The position numbers and the translations under genes are program-made. Under the pieces are notes generated by a model, which saw only the letters and a list, made by a program, of their open reading frames with translations, ran no database searches and was not told the origin of the DNA. A stretch of DNA of 64,000 bases. Origin: Myxococcota bacterium. GTDB lineage: Bacteria; Myxococcota; UBA4151. The stretch covers positions 6,166 through 70,165 of the forward strand of contig JBDQPD010000003.1 of NCBI GenBank assembly GCA_040260805.1. Reading direction: 5' to 3'. Each line of letters begins with the position of its first letter. The first letter of the stretch is position 1. Below are positions 31,913-41,562 of this stretch, piece by piece.

Positions 31913-34009
31913 CTATTTAGCCGGTTGTTTTTCCGCTGGTTTCTCAGCCGGCTTTGCGGCCTCAGGCTGAGCTGAGCAAGCCGGTTTACCGGGACCAGGC
32001 TGAAGCATAAACCAGGCGAAGGCGTCGGCTCGATGAGCCTCAGCTTTACCCGTCAAGCTGGCTGCCGCTGCACGACCCAACAACGCATCTCGGCGATTGG
32101 GGTCGGCGGCGAGCACGCGCTCGAATCGCTTGAGCGCTTTTGCGCCATGACCCGCCTTGGCTTCACCTGCCGCCGCTTGGCCCAAGGCGACCTCGATCCA
32201 AGCGGCCTCCATCAGCTCAGCGAGAGCGCTTGGGATCAGCTCTTGAGTCCAGTCCAGCAGATCACCACGAAGCGCAGTCGGCTCGGCATTTTTCTTGAGC
32301 ATCTTCTGCGAGGTCGCAAAGTCTTTCTTCTTTTTACGGTTGCTAAAGGTTGCTTTAATCGCAGCGCCAAACTTCGCTTTGAGCTCAGCGTCCGTAGCCT
32401 GAGGCCCCATCGCCGCAGCCGCGACAATCGCCTTGAGAATCGGATCGTTGCCTGCCGTTTTTCCGACCGCTAACGCCGCACCCTTGAGGTCGCCATTGGT
32501 CGCTAAGAACATCGCAAGCTCTCGACTAGCATTGGGCAGCCCAGCTTTGACCGCAGCGAGATAGGCTTCGTTGACCGGGCCGCAGCCTTTCGCTGCAGCT
32601 TCGCCGCGCGCCATCCGCGCCTGAGTCAGCACCATGATCCTAGCGTCGGGTTTCTTTGTCGGGTCTTGAGCCGCGCCAGCGAGCAAGGGAGCCGCTTTGC
32701 CGACCTCGTCGCCGTCGAGCATTTTTAGGGCTAAGTAGACCGGCGTATCCACCGCTTGAGGGACGGCATTGCTGACATCTTGAAGCCCCGCAGCGCTTTT
32801 GTTGCTGGTCTCATCAACGGTGGGCTGAATCGCGTTCCAAGAATCAGCGACGACACCGAGCCGCTCTTTGCCATATGGGCTCTCGGCTTGCGCCTGCAGC
32901 GCTTTGAGCACTGCGCCGGCGTGCGACTGAAGATTTGGATTGGTCATATTGGCTTCGAGCCACAAGCGATCATAGAGCAAGAAAAAGGGCGCAAACGCTC
33001 CCGCGTCAGGGTTGATGGCGCAGCCACCTTTTTCATCCTTGAGGCACTGGCTTTGCTCGCAGCCCTTCAGGCACATCGCTGGCTCAAGACCGGCGAGCGC
33101 CTCGGTCATACGAGCCGGCTCACCGCTCGCTAACGCCTCTAAGCCGCGCTCATAGGTCGCCCGCAGCGCTTTGGCGGCAGGGTCGTCGCCGGTCATTGGG
33201 TCGCTAACGGCGTCACTGCCGCCCCCGGAGGTCGCAAAATAACCCACCGCTGCCAACACCACGACCGCCGCAGCGATCAAAGGCATCTTGCTCTTTTTGG
33301 GGGTCTCAAGTGGGTCTTCTTCGGTGCTCAAACCCGGCACATCACTGGGTTCGTGCGTCATCTCTTCGAGCAGATCGAAGGCGTCATCGAAGCTGTGGTC
33401 TTCGCCGTCATCGGCAGGGCTTGCCGCAGCCGCAGGCTCAGAGATCATCTCCGTCGCCTCATCGTCGCTCGCTGCTTCAACCGCATCAGCGGGGGCGTCC
33501 TCAATGGGCTCGGAAAAGTCCATCTCAAGGGCCGCCTCTAGTGCCGCTGCATCGTCAGCGCTCGGCCCCGCTGGCAGATCAGCGACATCCAAGGCTCCAG
33601 CCGTTATCGAGGTCGGATCAGCGGGCTGAGCTGCGGCATCAACCACCGCGGCAACCGCCTCAGGTGCCACCGCCGCAGGACTGTTTGAAATCTGCTGGCG
33701 GCGCGCATCAAGCATCGCAAACGCTTCAGCAACTTCTGGAATCGCCAGCGCCTGGCGCCACTCGCCCTCATCCTCACGGATCATGCATTGGCGTGGAACG
33801 CGCTTCTCGCCCACCCAGCGAACTAGGGTGGTGAGATCCTTAACTTTATAGATCTTTCCGTTGGTATGACGGATCTGCATTGGGCTCGCTCCTTCCAGGG
33901 CGATGGTAAAGATAAAGCCACAGGCGTTGCACTGATATGGCTGTGTGGACTCGATCGCTGTGGCATCGATCTGCCAGAGCGTTCCACATTGTGCACAGCG
34001 CGCCTCCAC
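31913..34009 (-). CDS. Zinc-ribbon (MJ0042-type) / GYF_2-like / single-TM protein with a helical-repeat (TPR-like) extracytoplasmic domain
   Basis: CAQCGTLWQI...YQCNACGFIF, then a GYF_2-like segment IRHTNGKIYKVKDLTTLVRWVGEKRV, an acidic linker, TM MPLIAAAVVVLAAVGYFA, and an Ala-rich helical C-terminal ~450 aa. Confidence 0.45.
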   Translation of the reverse strand: MEARCAQCGTLWQIDATAIESTQPYQCNACGFIFTIALEGASPMQIRHTNGKIYKVKDLTTLVRWVGEKRVPRQCMIREDEGEWRQALAIPEVAEAFAMLDARRQQISNSPAAVAPEAVAAVVDAAAQPADPTSITAGALDVADLPAGPSADDAAALEAALEMDFSEPIEDAPADAVEAASDDEATEMISEPAAAASPADDGEDHSFDDAFDLLEEMTHEPSDVPGLSTEEDPLETPKKSKMPLIAAAVVVLAAVGYFATSGGGSDAVSDPMTGDDPAAKALRATYERGLEALASGEPARMTEALAGLEPAMCLKGCEQSQCLKDEKGGCAINPDAGAFAPFFLLYDRLWLEANMTNPNLQSHAGAVLKALQAQAESPYGKERLGVVADSWNAIQPTVDETSNKSAAGLQDVSNAVPQAVDTPVYLALKMLDGDEVGKAAPLLAGAAQDPTKKPDARIMVLTQARMARGEAAAKGCGPVNEAYLAAVKAGLPNASRELAMFLATNGDLKGAALAVGKTAGNDPILKAIVAAAAMGPQATDAELKAKFGAAIKATFSNRKKKKDFATSQKMLKKNAEPTALRGDLLDWTQELIPSALAELMEAAWIEVALGQAAAGEAKAGHGAKALKRFERVLAADPNRRDALLGRAAAASLTGKAEAHRADAFAWFMLQPGPGKPACSAQPEAAKPAEKPAEKQPAK

Positions 34010-34057
34010 CTACCTTTACCTCTTGGTCACAATGGTGACCCTACGGACCCCTCGTCT

Positions 34058-34828
34058 TTAGGGCAAACTTTGTCGCTCCAGCAAGACAGCAGCGAACTCT
34101 GCAAAGCCCTCGCCGCGTGCCTTTGTCGTTATATAGGCCGGGGCTTCGGGAAGTTCCGAAAAGTCACGAATGTTGGCCACCCCTACACTGAGCGCCGCAA
34201 TGGCGAACAAAGGACCATCATTTGGTGAGTCACCGATGTAGGCAAGCCGGTGCGTATCGAGATCATAATGCGCTCGCAAAACCTGCTGCAACCCGCTCGC
34301 TTTATCCCACTCGCCAAACCAACCGTTCACATGAATCGATGAGACCTTCGCTTTAGCACCTTGCTCGGCAAACTCATGAGCCAGCGCCTCCGCCTGACGA
34401 ATGGGGAATGGGCCGACCTCTTCTGCAAAATCAATCGCCAGATCAAAGCGACGACAGAACTGATCACTCGCGACTTTGAACTCCGGAAACTTCTGCAGCA
34501 AATGCTCCGCTAATGCGTCCAGCTGCCCAGGCGCAGGCGGGACCCCCAAATCTTGGCGCTGCACCAAGCGACCGCTTCGCTTGAAAAACAGCGCGCCGTT
34601 CTCGCCCAAGACTCCATCGACCGGCCACGTTCTCGCGATCATATCGCACCAACCAGCGGGGCGTCCGGTCACCGCTAACAAGCGAAAACCCGCCTCATGA
34701 AGGGACCACATGGCTGCATAAGCTTCAGCGGTCACGCGACCGTCTGTAGTGATCGTGTCATCGATATCAAAACCGACGGCACGCACGCTGTGCCATAACT
34801 CGTCAGGGATCTGCTCTATGGGTTTCAT
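34058..34828 (-). CDS. HAD-IIB family hydrolase (Cof / sugar-phosphate phosphatase-like)
   Basis: Motif I GFDIDDTIT (DxDxT) and motif IV YIGDSPNDGPLF. Confidence 0.75.
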   Translation of the reverse strand: MKPIEQIPDELWHSVRAVGFDIDDTITTDGRVTAEAYAAMWSLHEAGFRLLAVTGRPAGWCDMIARTWPVDGVLGENGALFFKRSGRLVQRQDLGVPPAPGQLDALAEHLLQKFPEFKVASDQFCRRFDLAIDFAEEVGPFPIRQAEALAHEFAEQGAKAKVSSIHVNGWFGEWDKASGLQQVLRAHYDLDTHRLAYIGDSPNDGPLFAIAALSVGVANIRDFSELPEAPAYITTKARGEGFAEFAAVLLERQSLP

Positions 34829-34953
34829 AACTGGCCCATACGATGGGCGCGCTCAGGCAACAAGAGGGTACAAACAGGTCGATAATTCGGCGCTAAAATC
34901 AAAGCGCTACTTTACGATCAAAACCGATAAATATACATCAAAGTCCGGAACAA

Positions 34954-35526
34954 ATGTCCGGAAAATCCGATATGAACAAAAAAGCGCTGCTAACAGTTCG
35001 TGAATACGCTGAAGAAGCTCGAGTCACCGAGCGCACCGTCAGGCGCTGGATCACCGAGGGCCGACTGCGCGCCATTCGACAAGGGAAGAAGTACCTAATC
35101 CCGCGTGAGGAGTCGGCAGGTTCACTCCTCGGCGACTACAAACGCCCTAGCCTCCCCGGTGCCGCCAAGCCGGTCGGTGAAGGTGCCCTGCGTTATTTGC
35201 TCTTTTGGATGTGTGATGCCTGGGTGGATGGGAGCGCAGCTCAGCGCGCCTTTTACCAAGAAGACAGCGAAGGCGCTGAGCGTTACTTTCAAAATCTCGT
35301 TGCGGAAATTGATCACGAAGCCAGCGATCACGTGGACACTGAACTCGCTCTTCGGCTGCGATTCGTGGCTCGCGACCTGCTCACGCGGCTCAACCAATCC
35401 TTCGAGCGAGCCGAAGCGGTTGCTTCTGATCCTGCGCTCGCCGAGACCACAACACCAACTCAACAAACCACCCCGCTGCAGAGCAACGTCCATGAAACAA
35501 TGCCTTTATCCGGCGGTGAATCATGA
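34954..35526 (+). CDS. Helix-turn-helix DNA-binding protein (excisionase/MerR-type HTH_17)
   Basis: LLTVREYAEEARVTERTVRRWITEGRLRAIRQGKKYLIPRE. The start could be ATG 34954 or ATG 34972. ATGA overlap with astA. Confidence 0.6.
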   Translation: MSGKSDMNKKALLTVREYAEEARVTERTVRRWITEGRLRAIRQGKKYLIPREESAGSLLGDYKRPSLPGAAKPVGEGALRYLLFWMCDAWVDGSAAQRAFYQEDSEGAERYFQNLVAEIDHEASDHVDTELALRLRFVARDLLTRLNQSFERAEAVASDPALAETTTPTQQTTPLQSNVHETMPLSGGES

Positions 35527-36518
35527 ACCTAATACGCCCTGCCCACCCCAACGACCTTGACGGTTTATTTGGGCTCGCGGAACACCTCAACACGGTCAAC
35601 TTACCGGCCGATGAAGAGCGCCTGAGTGAGATGCTCGAGGACAGCGTCAATCAATTCGAGGGTTCAGATGCTCCTGATCAAGCGATGATCTTCGTGCTTG
35701 AAGATGGGCAAGGTGCGCTGCGCGGCTCAGCGACGATCATCGCTCGCCACGGTTCGCCGCAAGCGCCTCATTGTTTCTTCGATGTGATTGATGAAGAGCG
35801 CTACTCTCCTCGTCTTGACCAGGTGTTCCACCATAAAGTTTTACGGCTTGGAACCAGCTTTGTGCCCCGCACAGAGATCGGCGGGCTCGTGCTGGACCCC
35901 AGCCTTCGCGGTCAGGGCCTAGGCCGGTTCCTAAGCCTGTGCCGGTTTCAGTTCATAGCCGCCTACCGTGAGCGGTTTTGTGACTACGTTTTAGCCGAAT
36001 TGCTTCCTCCTTTTGACGAGGACGGCAATTCTCCTTTGTGGCACGCCTTAGGGCAGCGCTTCACCGGACTCACCTACCGAGAGGCTGATCGACTCAGCGG
36101 GCAAGAAAAAGAATTCATTGAGGACCTTTTTCCCCGCTCCGATCTCCATGTCAGCCTGTTTAGTCGAAAGATCCAGTCGGTGATCGAACAAGTCGGTCCA
36201 AACACTAAAGGCGCGCTCAAGCTGCTGCTCGAGCAGGGCTTCTTTTACACCAAGCGAATCGACCCATTTGATGGAGGTCCTCATTACCGGGCAAACACTG
36301 ACGAGATCGCCTGTATCCGATCAACCCGTGCGCTTCGAGCGAGAGCTGGCCAGGGCCACGGCCAAGCGATGGTTGGCGTACAGACCAAAAATGCGCGCGA
36401 TTATCGAGTCTGCTTAGCGCCTGTTAACGCTCAGGGTATGCAGGTTGATACCGATCAAGAAACGCTTGATCGGCTTGGCGTTGAAGCCGGCGAAGACCTA
36501 CTCGTGACCGTGATCTAA
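35523..36518 (+). CDS. astA: Arginine N-succinyltransferase
   Basis: Colinear by eye with the E. coli AstA sequence as I recall it: MNLIRPA...D, FVLED, LVLDPSLRGQGLGRFLSLCRFQFIAAYRERF, SPLWHALGQRF, IDPFDGGP. Confidence 0.85.
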   Translation: MNLIRPAHPNDLDGLFGLAEHLNTVNLPADEERLSEMLEDSVNQFEGSDAPDQAMIFVLEDGQGALRGSATIIARHGSPQAPHCFFDVIDEERYSPRLDQVFHHKVLRLGTSFVPRTEIGGLVLDPSLRGQGLGRFLSLCRFQFIAAYRERFCDYVLAELLPPFDEDGNSPLWHALGQRFTGLTYREADRLSGQEKEFIEDLFPRSDLHVSLFSRKIQSVIEQVGPNTKGALKLLLEQGFFYTKRIDPFDGGPHYRANTDEIACIRSTRALRARAGQGHGQAMVGVQTKNARDYRVCLAPVNAQGMQVDTDQETLDRLGVEAGEDLLVTVI

Positions 36519-36588
36519 AGAAGGCGACACGGCTGGGGTTGCCGACGCCAATTGCACTGCCCATAGTGCCGCCGCAAGGAGCACCAAA

Positions 36589-38040
36589 ATGCACAAAGGT
36601 AGCTTTATCGCAGGACGCTGGGACCAGAGCGGTCGAGCGGTTCTTGAGGTCACCAGCCCGATCGATGGGCAATGCGTTTTTTCTACGCCCTACGATCCCG
36701 ATCATGCCGATCAAGCGATCGCAGCTGCCCGCAAGGCCGCGCCAGCTTGGGCAGCCCTATCCAGAGCCCAAAGAGAACAGGCGCTTAGACGAGTCCAAAC
36801 CGAACTCGCTGCGCGTCAAGAAGCGATCGCCCAAGCGATCACTCGAGAGATCGGCAAACCCCTCTGGGAGGCACGCGGTGAAGCCAAAGGTCTCGCCCCG
36901 AGAATTGATCTGACCTGCGGAAGCATCTCCGCTGATGTGGCCGATTGGGATCTTCCCAATGACGCCGGGCGCGGGCGTTACCTCCCCTTAGGAGTCGTCG
37001 CAGTCTTAGGGCCCTTCAACTTTCCTGCGCACCTCGCCAACGGGCAGATCCTACCCGCCTTGCTTCTCGGGAACACGGTCATCCTCAAACCCAGCGAAAA
37101 GGGTGCAGGCGTGGCGGCCTTATACACCGAGGCGATGGCTGCAGCTGAGCTACCACCTGGCGTCTTTAACTTGGTCCAAGGAGACGCAAGGGCTGGCGCC
37201 AAGCTGACCGCAGACGAGCGCGTCGATGGGCTATTGTTCACCGGCTCAACACGGGTCGGTAAAATGATTCTAGCCGCTACCAACCAAACCCCAAACAAGC
37301 TCGTCAGTCTTGAGATGGGGGGGAAGAACGCAAGTCTTGTCAGCGAGGACGCCGAGCTTGTAGGCTGCGCAAAAGAGCTGCTTCACGCCGCTTTTATTAC
37401 CTGTGGTCAGCGCTGCACAGCGACCAGCCAGGTCTTTGTTCATCATTCAAAAATTGACGAACTCGCAGCCCTGCTCAAGCGCGCGCTTCCGAAACTCCCC
37501 GTAGGCAATCCCTTCGACGATTCAACCTTCATGGGTCCGATCATCGATGCCTCCGCCAAGGCGCGACTCTTAGGGCTCAACGAATTGTCAAAGTCAGCAG
37601 GCGTTGAGACCCTATGCGCAGCGACCGACCTGGGCGGCACTGGAAATTTTCTGACGCCTTCATTGCGGGTGGGCGACTGGGCTGATCACGATTATTTTAC
37701 CAACGAACACTTCGGACCCGACCTGGTGTTGATTCCGATTCAAGATGACGACGAAGGCTTAAAGCGCATCAACGACCTCGAATATGGTCTGGCCGCGGCC
37801 GTGTTTTGTGAGGACCAAAGTCGTTTCGATGTCTTGGCATCGCGGCTGCGCTGTGGTGTGGTTAACTGGAACAGAGGCACCGCTGGAGCCACAGGGCAGC
37901 TTCCTTTTGGGGGTTGGCGTAACTCTGGAAACCACCGACCTGGCGCTCTTTTCGCTGGTCGATTAGTCACCGCAGTCCAAGCGCGCTTGCATCATGGCGG
38001 TTCGGTGTCAGGATTTGTCGAGGAGGCAATGAGATCATGA
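36589..38040 (+). CDS. astD: N-succinylglutamate 5-semialdehyde dehydrogenase
   Basis: Aldehyde dehydrogenase motifs LEMGGKNA and catalytic Cys CGQRCTA. The AstD-specific C-terminal block is GVVNWNRGTAGATGQLPFGGWRNSGNHRP. AAGGAG SD upstream. Follows astA. Confidence 0.85.
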   Translation: MHKGSFIAGRWDQSGRAVLEVTSPIDGQCVFSTPYDPDHADQAIAAARKAAPAWAALSRAQREQALRRVQTELAARQEAIAQAITREIGKPLWEARGEAKGLAPRIDLTCGSISADVADWDLPNDAGRGRYLPLGVVAVLGPFNFPAHLANGQILPALLLGNTVILKPSEKGAGVAALYTEAMAAAELPPGVFNLVQGDARAGAKLTADERVDGLLFTGSTRVGKMILAATNQTPNKLVSLEMGGKNASLVSEDAELVGCAKELLHAAFITCGQRCTATSQVFVHHSKIDELAALLKRALPKLPVGNPFDDSTFMGPIIDASAKARLLGLNELSKSAGVETLCAATDLGGTGNFLTPSLRVGDWADHDYFTNEHFGPDLVLIPIQDDDEGLKRINDLEYGLAAAVFCEDQSRFDVLASRLRCGVVNWNRGTAGATGQLPFGGWRNSGNHRPGALFAGRLVTAVQARLHHGGSVSGFVEEAMRS

Positions 38041-40406
38041 AGCAACTCGGCCTACTGCCTTTACGTAACGACGTCTTCTTCCCAGGCGCCGTTTTACAGC
38101 TCACGGTCGGGCGACCGGCGTCGGTCGCCCTGATCAACGCCGTCCAAGAAGGCTCGATCGAGCTCGGTGTGCTCTCGCAGCGCGACGCCTCGGTCGAATC
38201 GCCGACTCGAGAAGACCTTTTTGAAGTGGGAACCTACGCTTCGATCATCTCGGTCATGCAGACCAACACCGACCGCTTCCAGGTCATGGTTAAGGGGCTG
38301 ACTCGGTTTCGCCTCGAGACGCTCGATGAGTCGGGAGAGTTTTTGCAGGCTGAAGTAGAGGACCTGCCCTCAAGCGAAGAAGAGAGCGAAGAGCTCGATG
38401 CATTGGTCGCGATGGTTCGAGAACAGAGCCTGACCTATGTCGCATTGAGGCCTGACCTGCCCGAGCGCGCCCGCACCGTTCTTGAGGGCATCCGCAACCC
38501 CGGGCGCCTCGCTGATGTGATCGCAGCCCACCTCGAGATTTCGCTTGAGCCGCGTCAAGAAGTGCTGGCTACGGCAGATGTCGAAGAGCGGCTCCAGCTC
38601 GTCCTTCGACTGCTCAACGAGCAATGCGAAGAGCTCAAAGTCAGCTCTCGGATCCAGCAAAACTTAGACGATGAGCGCAGCCGGCACCAACGAGAGCAGT
38701 ACCTGCGGCACAAAATGCGAGCGATTCGTGAAGAGCTTGGGGATGACGACCCTGACGAGAGCTTCGCTGATCAGATTGAAACCAAACTCCACGACGGGCA
38801 CTTCCCAGAAGCCGCCGCAGAGGCTGTTAAGCGTGAGCTCAATCGACTGCGGGCGATCCCGAGTCAAAGCGCTGAGTATACCGTGGTTCGTTCGTACTTA
38901 GAGTGGCTTGACGCGGTGCCGTGGAATGAGATGTCAGAGGACCGGATTGATCTCGAGGGCGCGGCAGCCATCTTGGATCGCGATCACCACGGAATGGATC
39001 GCCCGAAAGAGCGCCTGCTCGAATTTCTTGCGGTCCACAAACTCAAGACGCACCTGCGCGGGCCGATCTTGTGCATGGTCGGACCGCCGGGCGTGGGTAA
39101 GAGCTCTTTGGCGCGCGGGATGGCTGAGGCGATCGGGCGAAAGATGATCCGAATTAGCCTTGGCGGTGTCCGTGATGAGGCTGAAGTGCGCGGTCACCGT
39201 CGCACCTACGTCGGCGCCCTACCCGGTCGCTTGATCAAGTCTCTGCGCCAGGCAGGAACCATGAACCCTGTGATCGTCCTTGATGAGCTTGATAAGCTCA
39301 GCTCGGATTATCGCGGCGACCCCTGCGCAGCCTTACTTGAGGTGCTCGACCCCGAGCAAAATGACGCCTTCGTCGATCACTACCTCGATGTTCCTGTCGA
39401 TTTAAGCTCGGTCATGTTTATTGGGACAGCGAATACGCTGAGTACCATCCCAGCGGCGCTCAAAGACCGGCTCGAAATCATCGAGGTGAGCTCGTACACG
39501 GCGATGGAAAAAGAGGCGATTGCGCGCAAGCACCTGCTACCACGCCAGGTTACAGAGCACGGCCTCGAAGACGACGACCTCGTGATCAGCGAAGAGGCGC
39601 TGAAGGGCGTGATCGAACGCTACACTCGCGAGGCAGGCGTTCGACAACTCGAACGAGAGATAGGCGCCCTTTGCCGCAAGTCGGCGGTATCAAAAGTTCG
39701 AGAAAACTCGAAACTATCGGTCGAAGACAAGGACCTTGTGGACCTGCTTGGAGCGCGTAAGTTCCTGCCAGAGGTCGGCGGACAAAATAGCATGCCAGGT
39801 ATCGCTATCGGTCTGGCATGGACCGCTGTAGGCGGAGAGATTCTGTACATTGAATCAACCGCTATGCCCGGCAAAGGGAAGGTCCGACTGACGGGCAGTC
39901 TAGGCGATGTGATGAAAGAAAGCGCCGAGACAGCGATCGCTTACGTTCGTGCGCATGCGGTGGCCCTTGGTCTGCATCAAAGCGCAGACAAGCCCCTACT
40001 CCATGACACCGATCTTCATATTCACTTCCCGGCAGGCGCAACCCCTAAGGATGGGCCCTCGGCAGGCGTCACCTTGCTCAGCGCGATCGTGTCGCTCTTG
40101 CGCGGGGTCCCGGTTCATTCAGGGCTCGCCATGACCGGTGAGATCTCATTGCGCGGACGTGTACTGCCGGTGGGCGGAATCAAAGAAAAAATCCTGGCAG
40201 CGCATCGGGCGGGGCTGACCACTGTTTTGATCCCTCACCAAAATGAGAAAGATCTCAAGGATGTCCCCGACGAGGTCTTGGGCCAGCTCACGATCCATTT
40301 GGTCGAGCGCATGGAAGAGGTCATCGGTCACGCTTTTGATGCCGATGCGCTCCCGACCATCCTCGCCGAAACCAAACTGCGTGAAGGTGCTCAAATCGAC
40401 CAATGA
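38037..40406 (+). CDS. lon: ATP-dependent Lon protease (paralogue 2)
   Basis: LAN domain ([15 protein letters not shown]), [56 protein letters not shown] overlaps with astD and dtd. Confidence 0.95.
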   Translation: MKQLGLLPLRNDVFFPGAVLQLTVGRPASVALINAVQEGSIELGVLSQRDASVESPTREDLFEVGTYASIISVMQTNTDRFQVMVKGLTRFRLETLDESGEFLQAEVEDLPSSEEESEELDALVAMVREQSLTYVALRPDLPERARTVLEGIRNPGRLADVIAAHLEISLEPRQEVLATADVEERLQLVLRLLNEQCEELKVSSRIQQNLDDERSRHQREQYLRHKMRAIREELGDDDPDESFADQIETKLHDGHFPEAAAEAVKRELNRLRAIPSQSAEYTVVRSYLEWLDAVPWNEMSEDRIDLEGAAAILDRDHHGMDRPKERLLEFLAVHKLKTHLRGPILCMVGPPGVGKSSLARGMAEAIGRKMIRISLGGVRDEAEVRGHRRTYVGALPGRLIKSLRQAGTMNPVIVLDELDKLSSDYRGDPCAALLEVLDPEQNDAFVDHYLDVPVDLSSVMFIGTANTLSTIPAALKDRLEIIEVSSYTAMEKEAIARKHLLPRQVTEHGLEDDDLVISEEALKGVIERYTREAGVRQLEREIGALCRKSAVSKVRENSKLSVEDKDLVDLLGARKFLPEVGGQNSMPGIAIGLAWTAVGGEILYIESTAMPGKGKVRLTGSLGDVMKESAETAIAYVRAHAVALGLHQSADKPLLHDTDLHIHFPAGATPKDGPSAGVTLLSAIVSLLRGVPVHSGLAMTGEISLRGRVLPVGGIKEKILAAHRAGLTTVLIPHQNEKDLKDVPDEVLGQLTIHLVERMEEVIGHAFDADALPTILAETKLREGAQIDQ

Positions 40407-40840
40407 GAGTCGTGATTCAACGGGTCACGCATGCTCGAGTTGAGGTGGATGGTGAGATCGTCGGAGCGATCGATAAAGGGTTGATGGTCTTGGTCTGCGC
40501 CATGGACAATGAACGGGCAGACTTAGAGTCCTGGGCGAAGCGGTTGTGCGGCATCCGGCTCTTTCCTGACGCCTCTGGAAAGATGAGTGAAGATGTCCAA
40601 TCGGCTGGTGGAAGCCTTCTGCTGGTTCCGCAATTTACGCTAAGTGCCGACATGAAAAAGGGCTTAAGACCGAGCTTTGGTCGCGCCACCTCCCCCACCC
40701 TAGCGGCAGAACAAATCGCCCGACTTGCTGCGCGCTGTGAAGCGCTGGGCGTGCGCACTCAAACCGGTCGCTTCGGAGCCGATATGGCCGTTCACCTGAC
40801 CAACGATGGCCCGGTGACAATCTTTATGGATAAGCCTTAA
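40403..40840 (+). CDS. dtd: D-aminoacyl-tRNA deacylase
   Basis: [36 protein letters not shown]-like PQFTLSAD, and C-terminal NDGPVTIF. Confidence 0.9.
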   Translation: MRVVIQRVTHARVEVDGEIVGAIDKGLMVLVCAMDNERADLESWAKRLCGIRLFPDASGKMSEDVQSAGGSLLLVPQFTLSADMKKGLRPSFGRATSPTLAAEQIARLAARCEALGVRTQTGRFGADMAVHLTNDGPVTIFMDKP

Positions 40841-40902
40841 GATTCCACAGCTAGAGGGCCCGTGGCGGCCCGCGTCTGGCGACTTTTCAACAGGTGCTCA
40901 AC

Positions 40903-40918
40903 TGTTCCACGTGGAACA
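40903..40918. promoter_or_regulatory. parS: parS centromere-like site (ParB binding), perfect 16-bp palindrome TGTTCCACGTGGAACA
   Basis: 15/16 match to the widely conserved parS consensus TGTTNCACGTGAAACA, and fully self-complementary. It lies in the dtd-rsmG gap directly upstream of rsmG-parA-parB. It is the only full match I found in the window. Confidence 0.85.
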
Positions 40919-40983
40919 TATTATTTTCGAAGCACGGGACGAAGGCACTTGTCCCTCTACGGGCCTGTGGGCATGAGCGACAC

Positions 40984-41562
40984 ATGCTGCGCGTCACGAA
41001 CCTGACCCTAAAGACCGATCACCGAGCGATGCTGATGCGCCTCGCCTCGCTTCTGGGCACCTGGAACCAGGCCCATAACCTAGTCAGTCGCCAGCTCAAC
41101 GAAGACCAGCTCTTGGATCTACTCTGGGAAGCCACAGCCTTTGAGCAACTGCTCCCTCTCAACGCGTCCATCGTCGACCTAGGTAGCGGCGCTGGGATCC
41201 CCGCTTTACCCCTTGCGCTGGTCCGACCAGATCTGACCATTGAAGCGGTTGAACCTCGCGAGAAGCGCTGCACCTGGCTACGCTTTGCCAGCACCGAACT
41301 CGGTTGTAAGATTAAGGTTTCTCAACGACGCTGGGATCCCCAATGGGCTCATTTTGATTACGTCGTGAGTCGTGCCGTTTTCCCGCCTGAAACCTTCTGC
41401 GACTCAGTCGGGGTGCTCGCACCCAAGAGCCTCCAAATGACCGGTGAATCGGCGAGCGAAGACCAACGCTCCGTTTATCATGTCTTGCGCGGGCGCGAGC
41501 GCGTTGGCCTCGTTCTTGCTGGTAGCGAGGTGGGACCAATGAACGGAGAGCCGGCGCCATGA
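40984..41562 (+). CDS. rsmG: 16S rRNA (guanine527-N7)-methyltransferase RsmG (GidB)
   Basis: SAM motif VDLGSGAGIPALPLALVRPDLTIEAVEPREKR. The track start 40894 would read through the parS site, so ATG 40984 gives a typical ~190-aa RsmG. Confidence 0.85.
   Translation: MLRVTNLTLKTDHRAMLMRLASLLGTWNQAHNLVSRQLNEDQLLDLLWEATAFEQLLPLNASIVDLGSGAGIPALPLALVRPDLTIEAVEPREKRCTWLRFASTELGCKIKVSQRRWDPQWAHFDYVVSRAVFPPETFCDSVGVLAPKSLQMTGESASEDQRSVYHVLRGRERVGLVLAGSEVGPMNGEPAP

Noticed and set aside
33310-33834. 174-aa + strand ORF, Pro/Arg/Ser-rich, antisense to the low-complexity part of the 698-aa gene
   Set aside because: It is the mirror image of an acidic/Ala-rich coding repeat. It has no start context and no features.
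34954-35526. Excisionase-type HTH as a marker of a prophage or integrative element
   Set aside because: There are no integrase, phage, transposase or att-like repeats nearby. The gene is overlap-coupled to astA and flanked by metabolic genes.
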